DNA of 64,000 nt, taken from NCBI GenBank assembly GCA_965205025.1, contig CBDBFU010000026.1, positions 32,001 to 96,000 on the forward strand, written 5' to 3'. Under the pieces are notes generated by a model. It ran no database searches. It was not told where the DNA came from and worked only from the letters and a program-made list of their open reading frames with translations. Shown piece after piece: positions 1-11,397 of this stretch (position 1 is its first letter; each line of letters starts with the position of its first letter). The translations under genes were made by a program, and so were the position numbers. This DNA comes from Candidatus Poribacteria bacterium (GTDB lineage Bacteria > Poribacteria > WGA-4E > WGA-3G).

Positions 1-1
1 C

Positions 2-2872
2 TTTGATACATTTTGGACCCTCAGAAAAGCCAATTGGGTCCTTTTCTTCGGTTTTTTTATTTTTGCTGTATTATTCATGAATGTAAATGCAGCAATTGCT
101 AACCGTCTTTGTCCAGAACCGAGGGAATTTGCCCGATGGACACATCAACGCACTGTCTCTTTTCATCGAACTGTATTCGGTATTACCATCCTGTTTGCTA
201 TCGTCCTTGCCATACCGATGATGTCCTTACATATGGATTTCCTTAGATTCCTTGAACGTCCTTCAGAGAAGGTGGAGCCATTACACTTTGGTAAAGATCT
301 AAATTTCTATCTTTTTGTTTTCCCAATTCATAAATCATTAAGTCTATGGATAGAGGTATTGTTGTGGTCTACTTGTATTGTTGTAGGATTACTTTATAAC
401 TTCTACTATCGCCGAGATGCCCGTTCAATGGGACTTGTTAAAAGACATATCATATTGCATGGTTCATATCTATGGTTAATGTTACTGGGGACAGGTATCT
501 GGCGAAGTTATGTTCACTTATGGAACAAGGTATACACACCATCGCTCTCGAATCGTTTAAGTGAATACCATGGACTCTTTTTTGCGGACAATATACTCGC
601 TATGACAACCCGTATCTATTGTCTCATTTTATTGGGTATAGGTATAGTCATAATATTCAATATCTTCTGGAGAAAACGTATACTATGGTATTCCGCTCTG
701 TTTATATCATTTGCCAGTTATATTTGCCTAATACATCTTTATCCTTTAGGGTCGAATTTTTGGGCAATCAGGCTTACTGGGGATGCTGGAGATGTAGAAT
801 TAGATTATTTACGGCAGCACATAATTGATACTCGAAAAGCCTTTGATTTAGATACTATTAAAGAAAAGGAATTTAATAAAGGTCTTATATCACTTGATAA
901 GGTAAGAAATAATCCAGAAATCAAAGAGAATATACAATTTTGGGATCGTCGTGTATTTTACCACATAGTTGGCAATCAAGAGTTCAGAGAGCATCACGGT
1001 TTCCATCCTTACGCCGATGTTGATAGATACCGTTTAGGAGTAACTGCCAATAAAAATACAGATTCCTCTACATTAGATTCAGTGGAAAGTATTTCTGATG
1101 ACAGTTCTACGGAATTAATCCAAGATACAGAAGAATCTTCACAGTCAGGTGAACAATATAGACAAGTGCTTATTGCCGCACGAGAAATTGATCCAAAGCA
1201 AAAAAGTATAGAATGGGGAGAACTCAAACTATACTTTACACACGGATATGGTGTTTGTTTAGCTCCTGTTAATGTAGTTACAAGTGGAAATAAACCTGAT
1301 TTATGGATAAAAGGTGTTCCTATCACACAAAAAGAGGGCATGAAATTTGAAGAATTAGAGGTGACGCAACCGAGAATCTACTATGGTGAAATGACAGATG
1401 ATTATGTTATCGTCAACACAGAAAAACCTGAATATAATGTTATAGAAGGAGATGATGGCTCTGATGATACCAATTCTGAAAATGTCAGTAAAGGATATCA
1501 CTACACTGGAATGGGAGGAGTTCGTTTAGGTGGTTTTATTAGAAGGTTATGCTTTGCAGTCAGATTTTCATCTGTTTTTATTTTACGACATCCTAAGTTA
1601 AAGCCAGAGAGTCGGGTCATGTATTGGCGGAATATAGGTACACGTCGTAATGAACGACTCGTTCAGGATAGATTATCTCATATTGCTCCATTCCTTGATT
1701 TTGATCCTGATCCGTATATTGTTATTCACGATGGTCAGTTGTGGTGGATGGTGGATTTTTACGTAACAAGCAATCGGTATCCAAATGCCCAATTCTATTC
1801 AGATGACACTGCCCCACTTGAAGATAACGACCTTGAACTGTATGCCGAACCTCGGTTTAAAAGATTTAAAAAGTTCAATTATATTCGTAATTCTGGTGTA
1901 GCGGTAGTTAATGCGTACAACGGAACAGTAGATTTCTACACTGATAATGAAAATGAAGTGTTCACAAAGATTTATCAGAAAGTCTTCCCAAAATTGATTA
2001 AACCAATAAATGAGATGCCTGAAGGATTGAAAGCACATCGTAGGTTCCCAGATTATCTTACACGGATACAAGCAAAAATGTATGGGAATTACCATGTGAC
2101 GGATGAGAGGAATTTCTTTGAGAATAAAAAGCCGTGGACAATTCCAGAGGAAGCGTATTATTCTGAGAAAACCAATCATGAGATGATGCCGTATTATGCA
2201 ATGTTGAGATTACCTGGAGAAGAGAAATTGGAGTTTATTAATATGATTCCATTTACTCGTAAAAAACTCCATTACATGCAAGGATGGATGGTAGCGCGTT
2301 GTGACCCACCATACTATGGTGAACGAATTGTATATAAATTACCTGATGGATTGAATGTCGAAGGCCCAAAACTTGTTGAAGATGAAATTATTAAGAATAA
2401 TAAATTGTCTCAATTGTTCAAAGATTTAAGAGACACAAACGATATAATTAAAGGGAATCAACATGTCTTATTTATTGATGAAGGTATTTTACACATAAAA
2501 CCTATCTTTGTAAAACCAAAGAGTGAAAATGGGGACAATGGAAATAAAGGGACAACTTCATCAGACCCCATCCGTGATTTACCCACTTTGAAGACCATAG
2601 TTGTCAAAGCTGCAGATCACAAGCTCGGGGCAGATGAGTCTTTTGATATTGCTCTCGAAAATGTGTTTTTAGGACAGACCGTTTCACCATCTGAAAATGG
2701 AGATGACGAAACACCTTCTTTAGCTGATCAATTCCGAACACTCCTGCAAACCTATCAGGACACAGGGAAAGCACTTGAGGAAATTGTTAAGGTATTAGAA
2801 AATGGGAACGGAACAAACGGACGGGGGAATAAGAATCAACAAAAAACAGAGAACAAGAAAAAGAATCAATAG
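2..2872 (+). CDS. UPF0182 family membrane protein (5' end lies before the window)
   Basis: Multi-TM N-terminus, then motifs typical of UPF0182 (DVDRY, AAREID, YFTHGYG, PRIYYGE, APFLDFDPDPY, NYIRNS). The frame is open from base 2, upstream of the ATG at 77. Confidence 0.88.
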   Translation, partial: FDTFWTLRKANWVLFFGFFIFAVLFMNVNAAIANRLCPEPREFARWTHQRTVSFHRTVFGITILFAIVLAIPMMSLHMDFLRFLERPSEKVEPLHFGKDLNFYLFVFPIHKSLSLWIEVLLWSTCIVVGLLYNFYYRRDARSMGLVKRHIILHGSYLWLMLLGTGIWRSYVHLWNKVYTPSLSNRLSEYHGLFFADNILAMTTRIYCLILLGIGIVIIFNIFWRKRILWYSALFISFASYICLIHLYPLGSNFWAIRLTGDAGDVELDYLRQHIIDTRKAFDLDTIKEKEFNKGLISLDKVRNNPEIKENIQFWDRRVFYHIVGNQEFREHHGFHPYADVDRYRLGVTANKNTDSSTLDSVESISDDSSTELIQDTEESSQSGEQYRQVLIAAREIDPKQKSIEWGELKLYFTHGYGVCLAPVNVVTSGNKPDLWIKGVPITQKEGMKFEELEVTQPRIYYGEMTDDYVIVNTEKPEYNVIEGDDGSDDTNSENVSKGYHYTGMGGVRLGGFIRRLCFAVRFSSVFILRHPKLKPESRVMYWRNIGTRRNERLVQDRLSHIAPFLDFDPDPYIVIHDGQLWWMVDFYVTSNRYPNAQFYSDDTAPLEDNDLELYAEPRFKRFKKFNYIRNSGVAVVNAYNGTVDFYTDNENEVFTKIYQKVFPKLIKPINEMPEGLKAHRRFPDYLTRIQAKMYGNYHVTDERNFFENKKPWTIPEEAYYSEKTNHEMMPYYAMLRLPGEEKLEFINMIPFTRKKLHYMQGWMVARCDPPYYGERIVYKLPDGLNVEGPKLVEDEIIKNNKLSQLFKDLRDTNDIIKGNQHVLFIDEGILHIKPIFVKPKSENGDNGNKGTTSSDPIRDLPTLKTIVVKAADHKLGADESFDIALENVFLGQTVSPSENGDDETPSLADQFRTLLQTYQDTGKALEEIVKVLENGNGTNGRGNKNQQKTENKKKNQ

Positions 2873-2905
2873 TATATAACTAAATCTTGAATCATATTCA
2901 TAAAA

Positions 2906-2932
2906 TTAGGTTCGGTTAGAAGCCGAACCTAA
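2906..2932. terminator. Hairpin between convergent genes (bidirectional terminator, REP-like)
   Basis: TTAGGTTCGGTT-AGA-AGCCGAACCTAA inverted repeat with A/T-rich flanks. Confidence 0.6.
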
Positions 2933-2985
2933 ATTGTTTAACTATGATATATCTTCCGCTGTTTTGGATAGTTGAAGGTAGGGAA

Positions 2986-5379
2986 TTATCGACGAATAAA
3001 CCGTTGTCTCCACCGCTGGTTATCTTTCCATCGAACAGAGAAATTGAGAAGGTTTTCCATAAATTTGTGATTGATCTTAACATCGTTTTCTGTATCATTC
3101 TTTAGACTTGTAACAACATATAAACCTTGTTGGAATGGAAGGGTGAGTAAAGCAGAGGCATCATGAGTTACGGATTCAGCGAGTGAATTCCATTTACCAA
3201 GAGGATCTACCCACATATCATCAAGACGAATACCCGGTATCTCTTTTGTATCTGGAGTTGTGTTGAGGATATGGGGTGTCCGGAAGACCTTACTTCTTCT
3301 CCCTTTAGATGTTGGTAAACACTCATCTGTTTCCTCGTATTCAATTCCTGTTAATGGTTCAGGAATCCAACCAGCTCCTCGTCGCTGTCTTGAGTTGGTC
3401 TTTATGTCCTGTCCTGATACAATTACAATCCCACCTTGACTTGCGAAATTCTTTATTCGATGTTCTGTATCAATATTAAGTCGGTAGCCTGATTTATAGA
3501 TCTCACCGTTGCCGATCCATAAAATGTCCATTTTTGCGAGTCGGTCATTACGTAAGTTGTTTACAGATTCATAAAGCATACGATGTTCACTTACGTACTC
3601 AAACTGTTGCAGGATTGGAAACTCTTCATTAGAACTGTTTCCAGTTAATGCCATAACTTTTAGAGGTAATTTAAACTCAGGTTTGGGTAATAATTTCTGT
3701 AATGGAATTCTCGGTTTTCCGTTTCTCGATTTAGTGGGAAGCGTTAATTGAGAGAAAGTCTCCTTATGTAGTTCGTTTTCACTCATTTGTTCAACCAACA
3801 CATTCTGAGATGCTATACGATTCGCGAAATACGGTATCGTACGTCGATGGATAGGTATTTTAAGCCGTAAGGAGTTGTCAAAATGCGAATATGCACTTTC
3901 AACTTCCCAGCGACGACTATAGCTTGAATCAATTGTCTTTAAGTCAATTCTTTCTTCATTGACGTTAGTTATATAACCGTGAACCAAGTTCATTCCATGG
4001 ATTGCTTTCCCTTCAGAATCTTGGAGTGGTATTTCTTCAGTTTCACTCCGGTCAAGAATAGCGTCTGTCAAAGCAGAAATAGAGAACAGTTCCTGTTGTC
4101 GTTTCTCAGCACTCTCTATAATTGTACATACTTCTTTACGAGGAAAAATGACATCTGCGTCCCGAAATGACCGAAAATCCAGACCAATTCTTTTAAAGTG
4201 CCTGGGTGTTAGACGTTGTGGTGTGGTAATCCGTTCAAAAGGTCCGACTCGATGTTGTATCACAGGATTTAACTCTATTCTCCTGACGCTGAGTGGTTCA
4301 ACATGCCATTTAAATTCCATGTTTCTTTCCCAACCACCTGGATCGAATAGTCGTATTTTACCCACTTGTATAGGATAGGATGTATTGTTTTCTAAGACCA
4401 AAAAGTATTTGTCATCCCTCTCTACCATACGACACCTAAGTCCACGATCATCCCGCCGGTTGAAACTGTTAATATTGCCTTTATATTCGAAATCGTACCC
4501 CCATTGATCTCTGAAACCGTTATTGTCTTTATCCCGAACATTCATGAATGACATGTGCTTTTTGTTATAATCTTTGAAGATAGCCATATATTCGCCATTT
4601 GCGTGTGTTACCTTGTCAATCCTAATTTTCACACGAGTTCCTACAAGCCGTTCAATAATTCTTTCATAACTCTCTTCTTGCAAGAATGATGAGGTTTGTC
4701 CTTCCATTTCCTGAATTTGGTCATCTAATGATATAGCTTCTCCCCCCAGTTCTGTAACTTCTGTATTAACGCGTGCTAATTGTGTTTGCAAAGGATTTGC
4801 CATCTGTTTAATTCCGCCCCAAACCATACTAATTGCGTTTTTGGCTGCTCCATTAAGTTCAACGATCATATTTCGGGTTTTACGAATCACTCTTTGTGTA
4901 AGTGGCGGATTAATTAGCCGTTCATGTTCCCACTTCCGTTCCTGCTTTTCCCGATCATTCATCGTATCCAAATAGCGTATATATGCACCAATTCTGTCAT
5001 CCAATTCATTCTGCCGAAATATATAACTGGGGGCATGTCCCCGTTGTCTGGATTCTTCAGATACAATTTCTGCCCCTCTGCTATCTAAACGCATTGTACC
5101 TTGATATCGATGTCCGTCCTTCATATGAAAAACTACGTACTTATTGAGGATGGTCTTTTGTAATCTATCTTTCTTAAATAAACCAATAATATAAATGATA
5201 CCTTGGAAGATAAACATCGAAATACCACCAATTACCGGCCATTTGATGGTTTTCCAAATACTCTTTACACTACTTTGTATATCCTCACCTACAGCTTCCT
5301 CCTGAGCAATGGCTGAGAACGATACAATGACCATTCCTATCATGAGAATAAGCAATAGAATCTTTTTTTTCTTTAACAT
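2986..5379 (-). CDS. Hypothetical membrane protein, possible C-terminal class-I GATase-like fold
   Basis: 797 aa ORF; signal peptide plus one TM segment; C-terminal MDILWIG...IKNFASQGGIVIVSGQD pattern. Confidence 0.6.
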   Translation of the reverse strand: MLKKKKILLLILMIGMVIVSFSAIAQEEAVGEDIQSSVKSIWKTIKWPVIGGISMFIFQGIIYIIGLFKKDRLQKTILNKYVVFHMKDGHRYQGTMRLDSRGAEIVSEESRQRGHAPSYIFRQNELDDRIGAYIRYLDTMNDREKQERKWEHERLINPPLTQRVIRKTRNMIVELNGAAKNAISMVWGGIKQMANPLQTQLARVNTEVTELGGEAISLDDQIQEMEGQTSSFLQEESYERIIERLVGTRVKIRIDKVTHANGEYMAIFKDYNKKHMSFMNVRDKDNNGFRDQWGYDFEYKGNINSFNRRDDRGLRCRMVERDDKYFLVLENNTSYPIQVGKIRLFDPGGWERNMEFKWHVEPLSVRRIELNPVIQHRVGPFERITTPQRLTPRHFKRIGLDFRSFRDADVIFPRKEVCTIIESAEKRQQELFSISALTDAILDRSETEEIPLQDSEGKAIHGMNLVHGYITNVNEERIDLKTIDSSYSRRWEVESAYSHFDNSLRLKIPIHRRTIPYFANRIASQNVLVEQMSENELHKETFSQLTLPTKSRNGKPRIPLQKLLPKPEFKLPLKVMALTGNSSNEEFPILQQFEYVSEHRMLYESVNNLRNDRLAKMDILWIGNGEIYKSGYRLNIDTEHRIKNFASQGGIVIVSGQDIKTNSRQRRGAGWIPEPLTGIEYEETDECLPTSKGRRSKVFRTPHILNTTPDTKEIPGIRLDDMWVDPLGKWNSLAESVTHDASALLTLPFQQGLYVVTSLKNDTENDVKINHKFMENLLNFSVRWKDNQRWRQRFIRR

Positions 5380-5395
5380 GATGCCAATCCTCCCT

Positions 5396-6256
5396 TTAAT
5401 AAATACTTACCCCATTTTCAGCCGCAATATTACGGACATTTGTATTAGCAAGTGGAATTTTCTCAATTGGTAAATGTTCTATTAGACCATAACCGTCAGG
5501 GTAGAGTGCGTTAAAACGTTGTAATGCAACTCCAATTTCTAATTCCCCTTCACCGGGTACCTCTTCATTTAGATGTAGAACTAATCCATTTTGAACAGAA
5601 ATGTCTTTTATGTGTGCCATTGGTGCGACTGGTCCCATGACATCAAAAATGTGGTTGAGTCGTGCTTCACTTTCATAGACTTGTCTGAGAGATTGGAAAT
5701 GATTTACGAAGTCCATAACTATCCTGAGACGATCAGATCCGACCTGATCAACAATTTCTTTACAGATTTCAGGTGAACCCATAATTGAGACTGCGTGGGT
5801 TTCCATCACAAGCGTTAACTCTGTCTTCTCAGCATTTTCAGCTATCGGTTTTAGAGTTTCAATTAGTCGATTCATAGATTCTGGTAGATGATTGTCCTTA
5901 TGCGATGTCCATGCACCATCTGGATTTAGACTACCTGGTCTAAATAGATAATGAAAAACTCCGAGATCCTTTGCCACAGGCATACCACAATTTACTGCTT
6001 CGATCGCAGCTTTTCGTATTGATGGATTCGGATCAAAAAGACACTGCTCATAGGTTATTCCAAATTGTACCAAATCAAGGTGTGCTTTTTCAAGGAGAAA
6101 ACGACAATTTTCACATTCATCTGGTGAAACATCAGGAATCTTAGAACTGGCGAAATGGTAACTTACACCTGTAAAATCCAATTCCTGTACAGCATCTATT
6201 TCTTCTTGATTGAGTATACGAAAATCACTACATATTCCAACGACACCGAGTCTCAT
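5396..6256 (-). CDS. Sugar phosphate isomerase/epimerase (xylose-isomerase-like TIM barrel)
   Basis: LVMETH, VMDFVN, AHIKD, PGEGEL and IEH metal-binding motifs. Confidence 0.85.
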   Translation of the reverse strand: MRLGVVGICSDFRILNQEEIDAVQELDFTGVSYHFASSKIPDVSPDECENCRFLLEKAHLDLVQFGITYEQCLFDPNPSIRKAAIEAVNCGMPVAKDLGVFHYLFRPGSLNPDGAWTSHKDNHLPESMNRLIETLKPIAENAEKTELTLVMETHAVSIMGSPEICKEIVDQVGSDRLRIVMDFVNHFQSLRQVYESEARLNHIFDVMGPVAPMAHIKDISVQNGLVLHLNEEVPGEGELEIGVALQRFNALYPDGYGLIEHLPIEKIPLANTNVRNIAAENGVSIY

Positions 6257-6258
6257 AA

Positions 6259-9200
6259 TTATATCTCTCCCTGTAAAGATTGCAATATGTTCTGTGCTTC
6301 AGTCAAATCAACCGTGTCATACCCCTCAATAAACCATTCATAGATCGGTTTTAGTAGGTCGTACGCTTCTTTATGTCGATTCTGTGTTGTCATAAGCTTA
6401 CATAAACTGATAGTAGATCGAAGTTCCCAGGATTTTGCTTCCTGTTGTTGTGCGATAGTCAATGATTTCAAAAAACACTCTTCCACCTCATCTTTAATTG
6501 GTAGTGAACATGCATTTTGAGAACCATGGATCGATTGTAATAAAAGTTCTCCTTGTAGACGGTATAATTCAGCCTCATTTGTGCGTTCTCCGCTTTCAGT
6601 AATTGCTTCAAAAGCCTTTTCTAAGGTCTGTAGACCTTCTTCAGCTTTTCCACCTTGTCCATAGGCTTGTGCTAACATACCCAGATATACTGGTCGTAAG
6701 ACCCTTGACCGATTTGATTCCCAACCTTCGATCCCTTCTCGGATAAGGTCTAAACCTTCTTCATCTGAATTCTGTGAATTCATTTGCATTGCCCACCCTT
6801 TCATTATTCTTCCAGTAGGCTCCCACACAGTAATATCGTGCTCTTGACATATAGAAATCAATTCCGTAGCATACGAGTTAACCTTCTCTAAATCACGACG
6901 TTGTTGGTACAGTAGAGCACCGAAATGTAAAGAAATAACCTGACTAAATGGATGTGGACGTTCCTCTCCCATCCGCTGAGATGCTTGTAGTTGTGCTTCT
7001 GCTTGTTCAGGATATCCCAAACACCAGATTAGAGGAGCTGCGTATGCATGCAATGTCATACCGGGATCAGCAAGATAGTGAAAGAATGCATCTACAGGAT
7101 GTTGGTGTGGATTATATAGAGAAATACCTGCTTCCACATGGGCACGTGCCATTTTAAACTCGCCAAGATAGTATAATGAAGCCCCTAATGCGCGATGTGC
7201 TTCAACTTCTAAGACAGTATTATCCTGTTTTTTTGCCATAACTAAACACTGTTCACCGAGTTCTCGCGCTGAATGTAATTTTGCACTCACCAGATCAGAA
7301 AGCCATAGCCCAAACATTATTGGGAAACGTAGAAACATCCGTTCATTGTTAGGCATTGTTTCTAAGAGTGTCTTTGCACGTGTATATGTTTGTTCGACTT
7401 CAAGTGCAGCATAACCTTTAGTCGCAATTAATGCTGGACCTAATGTTGTCTGAATTACCAATTCGCGAGCAGCACGAGCCGGAGAGTCGGGTAAGGTTTC
7501 TAAGAGAGTTAATCCTTGAGTAAGGTGTCTGACACCTTCGACGTTAGCAGATCGTTCAACGGCACGTAAACCCGCTTGTTGCCAAAATTCAATTGCGCGT
7601 TCAGGAAGTTCTCCTTCTGTGTAGTGATATGCAATCAATTCAGGTTGTACGCGAACGATATCCTCAAATGACTCACGTAATACAGTAGCAATTCTTCTAT
7701 GATAGTCCTGTCTTGTACTTATTAATAATGCTTGATAGGCAGTCTCTCGAATCAATGGATGTTTGAAGGAATATATCTCTTTATCATCATGTGTCTGACG
7801 ACATCTCAGAATTTCTTCTGAAACCAGTGTCTGTAATTCCTGTTTAAGCTCTGGAAAGTTGTCGTCCTGTATCGTTGATGTATGGAACGGTGTTAATAGT
7901 TCGGATGGATTAGGAAAGTCCGATACCTCTGGTTCTTCTGTCAAGTTCACAATAACCTTATAAAGTAGTTCGGCAGTCCATTCCCTACCAAGTGTTGCTC
8001 CAAGCTGAACCAGTTCTTTGCGTGTTCCAAGTTGATCAAGTCTGGCAGTTAGAGATCCTTGTAATGTTGCTGGAATCTCAGTAGAAACATCAATATCCTG
8101 TAAATCAGCTTCAAGAGCCATCCGAGTTAATTCTTCTACAAAAAGTGGTACACCTTCAGTTTTTGATGCAATTTGCTTAGATACATCCAAAGGAATTGTT
8201 TTATCCCTTGCAACTTCAAGAATCATCTGGGAAACTTGCTTACGATTTAAACGCTTCAATGTAATCTGAGTCACCCATTCTAAATCGGTTAATGTTCTGA
8301 GTCGTGCTCTACCCTCTGCTTGTGTGGATTCTTTATATACATCACTTTCTATACGCGATGTTAAAATTACAAGAATAGGGGCATTTTGCACCCGAGTAAT
8401 CAAGAGATAAAGGAAATCTAATGTAGACGGATCAACCCAATGTAGATCTTCAGATATGAATAAGAGTGGTTTTATCTCTGCAGTTTTTAAAAATAGCTGT
8501 ACGAGAGCCTGCAAAGTGCGTCTTCTAAGTTGAGCGGGTTTTAATTCTGCTGATTGATAATCAGCATCAATTTCTAATAGTTCTGCAAGTAAAGGGGTTA
8601 GACTCTCTGAAAGATTATGTGTATTTAAGAATTCTTCAAGTTTATTTAAACGTTCATTATCAGAATCCATATCGCCGAATCGGAACAGTTGCTGCCTTAA
8701 TAGAGTTAAGATTGGATAGAGTGGACTGTTCTGTGTATCTGGTGATCCTCGGCATTCTAATATCTGTGCATCCCTTTCAATGACATGCTCAGCAATTACA
8801 GAGACGATTCGTGATTTACCTATGCCAGCTTCACCCTCAAGCAAAACAGCCTGTCCCAAAGATTCAGTCGCCGATTTCCATCGGTCTTTTAGTTTTGTAA
8901 CTTGAGGAGTTCTACCTATTAAGGGTGTTACAAAACTCTGGTGTGGGGTAGCTGTAAGTTCTCTTCTAAAGGTTGGAAGTATGCTGTCAGGGTGTTCACC
9001 TATTATCTGAAATATGGGTACAGGCTGTGATATACCCTTTAGAGTAATTGTACCCAAATCTTGATATTCAAAAAAACGTTCGATTAGCCGAAGTGTAGTT
9101 TCCCCAACGACGATTCCATTCGGTGGTGCAATTTGTTGCATTCTCGCCGCGATATTAGGTGTCTTGCCGACAATATCTATTGCATCACCATGGTACCGTT

Positions 9201-9732
9201 CAAGTGAAGAAAGATCTTGCTGAGAATTCCCAATAGGTTTACCGACTTCCCACACAACCACCAATCCAGTATCAATACTTAGTCTGACCTGTATCTGAAT
9301 ACCAAAGGATTCAATTAAACGTGAATTCAGTTTAACTAACCCTTCAACAATACCTAATCCTGCTTGCACAGCGCGACGGGTTGCGTCCTCATGAGCAATT
9401 GGATAACCGAAATATACTAATATTCCATCCCCAAAATACCGCGCTATATGGCCATCATATTCTATAATCACTTCTCCGACACTGGCACGATATGCATCAA
9501 GGACTTGACGTAGGTCTTCAGGGTCCAATTGTTCAGTTAAGGCTGTGGAATCAATTACATCACAAAACAATACTGAGAGTTGTCGTCTTTCTGCATTACT
9601 TACAGACTTACCACTGAATGGTGTGTCAGTCTCATCAAGTATGTGTCCGCAATCACCACAAAATTTGTAATTTGGATTTAAAAACCCACAATTGGGACAC
9701 TGTTTTTGGAATTGGCTATTCATAACTTGCAT
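6259..9732 (-). CDS. Class III adenylate/guanylate cyclase + AAA ATPase + TPR-like protein with N-terminal zinc ribbon
   Basis: CPNCG...CGDCG; AERRQLSVLFCD and YFGDG cyclase motifs; GEAGIGKS Walker A; EDLHW; TEGVPLFVEE; C-terminal WELR...WFIEGYDTVDL. Confidence 0.92.
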   Translation of the reverse strand: MQVMNSQFQKQCPNCGFLNPNYKFCGDCGHILDETDTPFSGKSVSNAERRQLSVLFCDVIDSTALTEQLDPEDLRQVLDAYRASVGEVIIEYDGHIARYFGDGILVYFGYPIAHEDATRRAVQAGLGIVEGLVKLNSRLIESFGIQIQVRLSIDTGLVVVWEVGKPIGNSQQDLSSLERYHGDAIDIVGKTPNIAARMQQIAPPNGIVVGETTLRLIERFFEYQDLGTITLKGISQPVPIFQIIGEHPDSILPTFRRELTATPHQSFVTPLIGRTPQVTKLKDRWKSATESLGQAVLLEGEAGIGKSRIVSVIAEHVIERDAQILECRGSPDTQNSPLYPILTLLRQQLFRFGDMDSDNERLNKLEEFLNTHNLSESLTPLLAELLEIDADYQSAELKPAQLRRRTLQALVQLFLKTAEIKPLLFISEDLHWVDPSTLDFLYLLITRVQNAPILVILTSRIESDVYKESTQAEGRARLRTLTDLEWVTQITLKRLNRKQVSQMILEVARDKTIPLDVSKQIASKTEGVPLFVEELTRMALEADLQDIDVSTEIPATLQGSLTARLDQLGTRKELVQLGATLGREWTAELLYKVIVNLTEEPEVSDFPNPSELLTPFHTSTIQDDNFPELKQELQTLVSEEILRCRQTHDDKEIYSFKHPLIRETAYQALLISTRQDYHRRIATVLRESFEDIVRVQPELIAYHYTEGELPERAIEFWQQAGLRAVERSANVEGVRHLTQGLTLLETLPDSPARAARELVIQTTLGPALIATKGYAALEVEQTYTRAKTLLETMPNNERMFLRFPIMFGLWLSDLVSAKLHSARELGEQCLVMAKKQDNTVLEVEAHRALGASLYYLGEFKMARAHVEAGISLYNPHQHPVDAFFHYLADPGMTLHAYAAPLIWCLGYPEQAEAQLQASQRMGEERPHPFSQVISLHFGALLYQQRRDLEKVNSYATELISICQEHDITVWEPTGRIMKGWAMQMNSQNSDEEGLDLIREGIEGWESNRSRVLRPVYLGMLAQAYGQGGKAEEGLQTLEKAFEAITESGERTNEAELYRLQGELLLQSIHGSQNACSLPIKDEVEECFLKSLTIAQQQEAKSWELRSTISLCKLMTTQNRHKEAYDLLKPIYEWFIEGYDTVDLTEAQNILQSLQGEI

Positions 9733-9922
9733 TATAATGGATTAACAACAAATATTACAAGTATTCAATCTGGTTTCAGCATATATCAATTCAGAATTTT
9801 TTATAATTATACTATTTCTATAAATTATTGTCTCATTAGGCGGTTATTATGGTAGTCAATTTTCATGTCACAAACTGAATGAAGATTAATTTTTAAATTC
9901 GGTATTTTTGGAGAAAGATCCA

Positions 9923-9942
9923 GTGCGGTTAGGAAACCGCAC
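9923..9942. repeat. REP-like palindrome, left copy of a 20-bp duplication flanking the IS
   Basis: GTGCGGTT-AGGA-AACCGCAC, identical to 11398-11417. Confidence 0.85.
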
Positions 9943-11397
9943 TATAGGCGTCAATTTTAGAAAAAGGATGTCTGATTTTTCAATAATAATTATTGTTAAG
10001 TGAAAACACCTCCTATATAATGTATAAAAATATTACCTTTTACTTTATACAAGAGGTGTTTCCAATGAATACATTATCACAGGTTCCTGAAAAAATGCAA
10101 CAGATTCTAACAACCATTGCTGATGAAGCAGCCCTTGAAACAGGATTTTGCAAAAGAAATCGAAAACTTGCGGGGAGTCATTTTGCTCAGACACTTATTT
10201 ATAGTTGGTTAGAAAATCCTGATGCCACCTATACTCAACTTACACATACTGCTGCTTCTCTCGGTACTCCAATCTCACGACAAGCGATTGAACAACGATT
10301 TACTGCTGAAGCTGCACAAACCCTCAAAGCAATCCTTGACGCGGCTGCGTCCGAAGTGATTTCTGCGGATCCACAAGTTCTCCCACTCCTTGAACAGTTC
10401 AACGGTATCTATATACAAGATAGTTCTTGGATAACACTCCCTGATACGCTTCACGATATTTGGGAAGGTGCCAGTAAAAAGGATTATCCGAACAAATCCG
10501 AACTGAAACTCCATCTACGCTTCGATGTTGCTACAGGGACATTCGAACACTTTCAACTCACCAACGGCATCACCGCTGATAGCACTGTAGAAAAACAGAT
10601 TGACCGGCTCCCCCAAGGGAGTTTACGCCTTGCGGATCTCGGTTATTTTTCGCTACAAACCCTTCAAGAACTTACGGACGAAGGGGTCTTTTGGATTTCA
10701 CGGTATAAAGTTAGGTGTTCGGTTTTTGACAATACAGGAAAGCCTCTTTGTTTACATAAATGGCTCAAGTTTCAGACCGAAAACATTATCGAAACAGATA
10801 TTTTCATAGGTTCAAAAAAGCGGATGAAAGTAAGATTAGTAGCTCAGAGACTCTCCGAAGAAGAAACCGAAAAACGACGACGAGATATCAACTATCGTGC
10901 TAAACGAAAGCATACACAAGCATCACAGGCACGACTCCAACTCGCAGGTTGGAATATCTACATTACAAATATTGGAACGGATCAACTCACCGCTGAACAG
11001 ATATGTGTCATTGCGCGGATTCGATGGCAGATCGAGTTGATATTTAAGTGCTTTAAAAGCCTTGGAAAAGTAGACACATCACGAAGTAAAAAACCGTATC
11101 GTATTCTATGTGAAATATATGCTAAACTGATCGCTGCAATCATTCGGCATTGGGTGATGTTGGTCATAGGATGGCGATGTTTACGGCATAGTTTATCGAA
11201 AACAGTAGAGCTTATTACGTCCTACACACGCACAATCACAATAAGCTTTCGCAAGTCAAAGAGACATCTTAGAGAGACATTTGATGAGATAAAACAAGTA
11301 TTCGAAAACGGGTGCTACATTGAAAGAAGAGCTAATAGAAAAACAACATTGGAATATCTTGAAAATGCTACAAAAAACCGCTAAATTGACGCCTATG
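9943..11397 (+). mobile_element. IS4-family insertion sequence
   Basis: TIRs TATAGGCGTCAATTTTAG (9943-9960) and CTAAATTGACGCCTATG (11381-11397) around a single transposase gene. Confidence 0.9.
10065..11384 (+). CDS. IS4-family DDE transposase
   Basis: QDSS, LADLGY and RWQIELIFK (YREK-like) motifs. Start taken as the ATG after GAGGTG; the ORF track starts at 9993. Confidence 0.9.
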   Translation: MNTLSQVPEKMQQILTTIADEAALETGFCKRNRKLAGSHFAQTLIYSWLENPDATYTQLTHTAASLGTPISRQAIEQRFTAEAAQTLKAILDAAASEVISADPQVLPLLEQFNGIYIQDSSWITLPDTLHDIWEGASKKDYPNKSELKLHLRFDVATGTFEHFQLTNGITADSTVEKQIDRLPQGSLRLADLGYFSLQTLQELTDEGVFWISRYKVRCSVFDNTGKPLCLHKWLKFQTENIIETDIFIGSKKRMKVRLVAQRLSEEETEKRRRDINYRAKRKHTQASQARLQLAGWNIYITNIGTDQLTAEQICVIARIRWQIELIFKCFKSLGKVDTSRSKKPYRILCEIYAKLIAAIIRHWVMLVIGWRCLRHSLSKTVELITSYTRTITISFRKSKRHLRETFDEIKQVFENGCYIERRANRKTTLEYLENATKNR

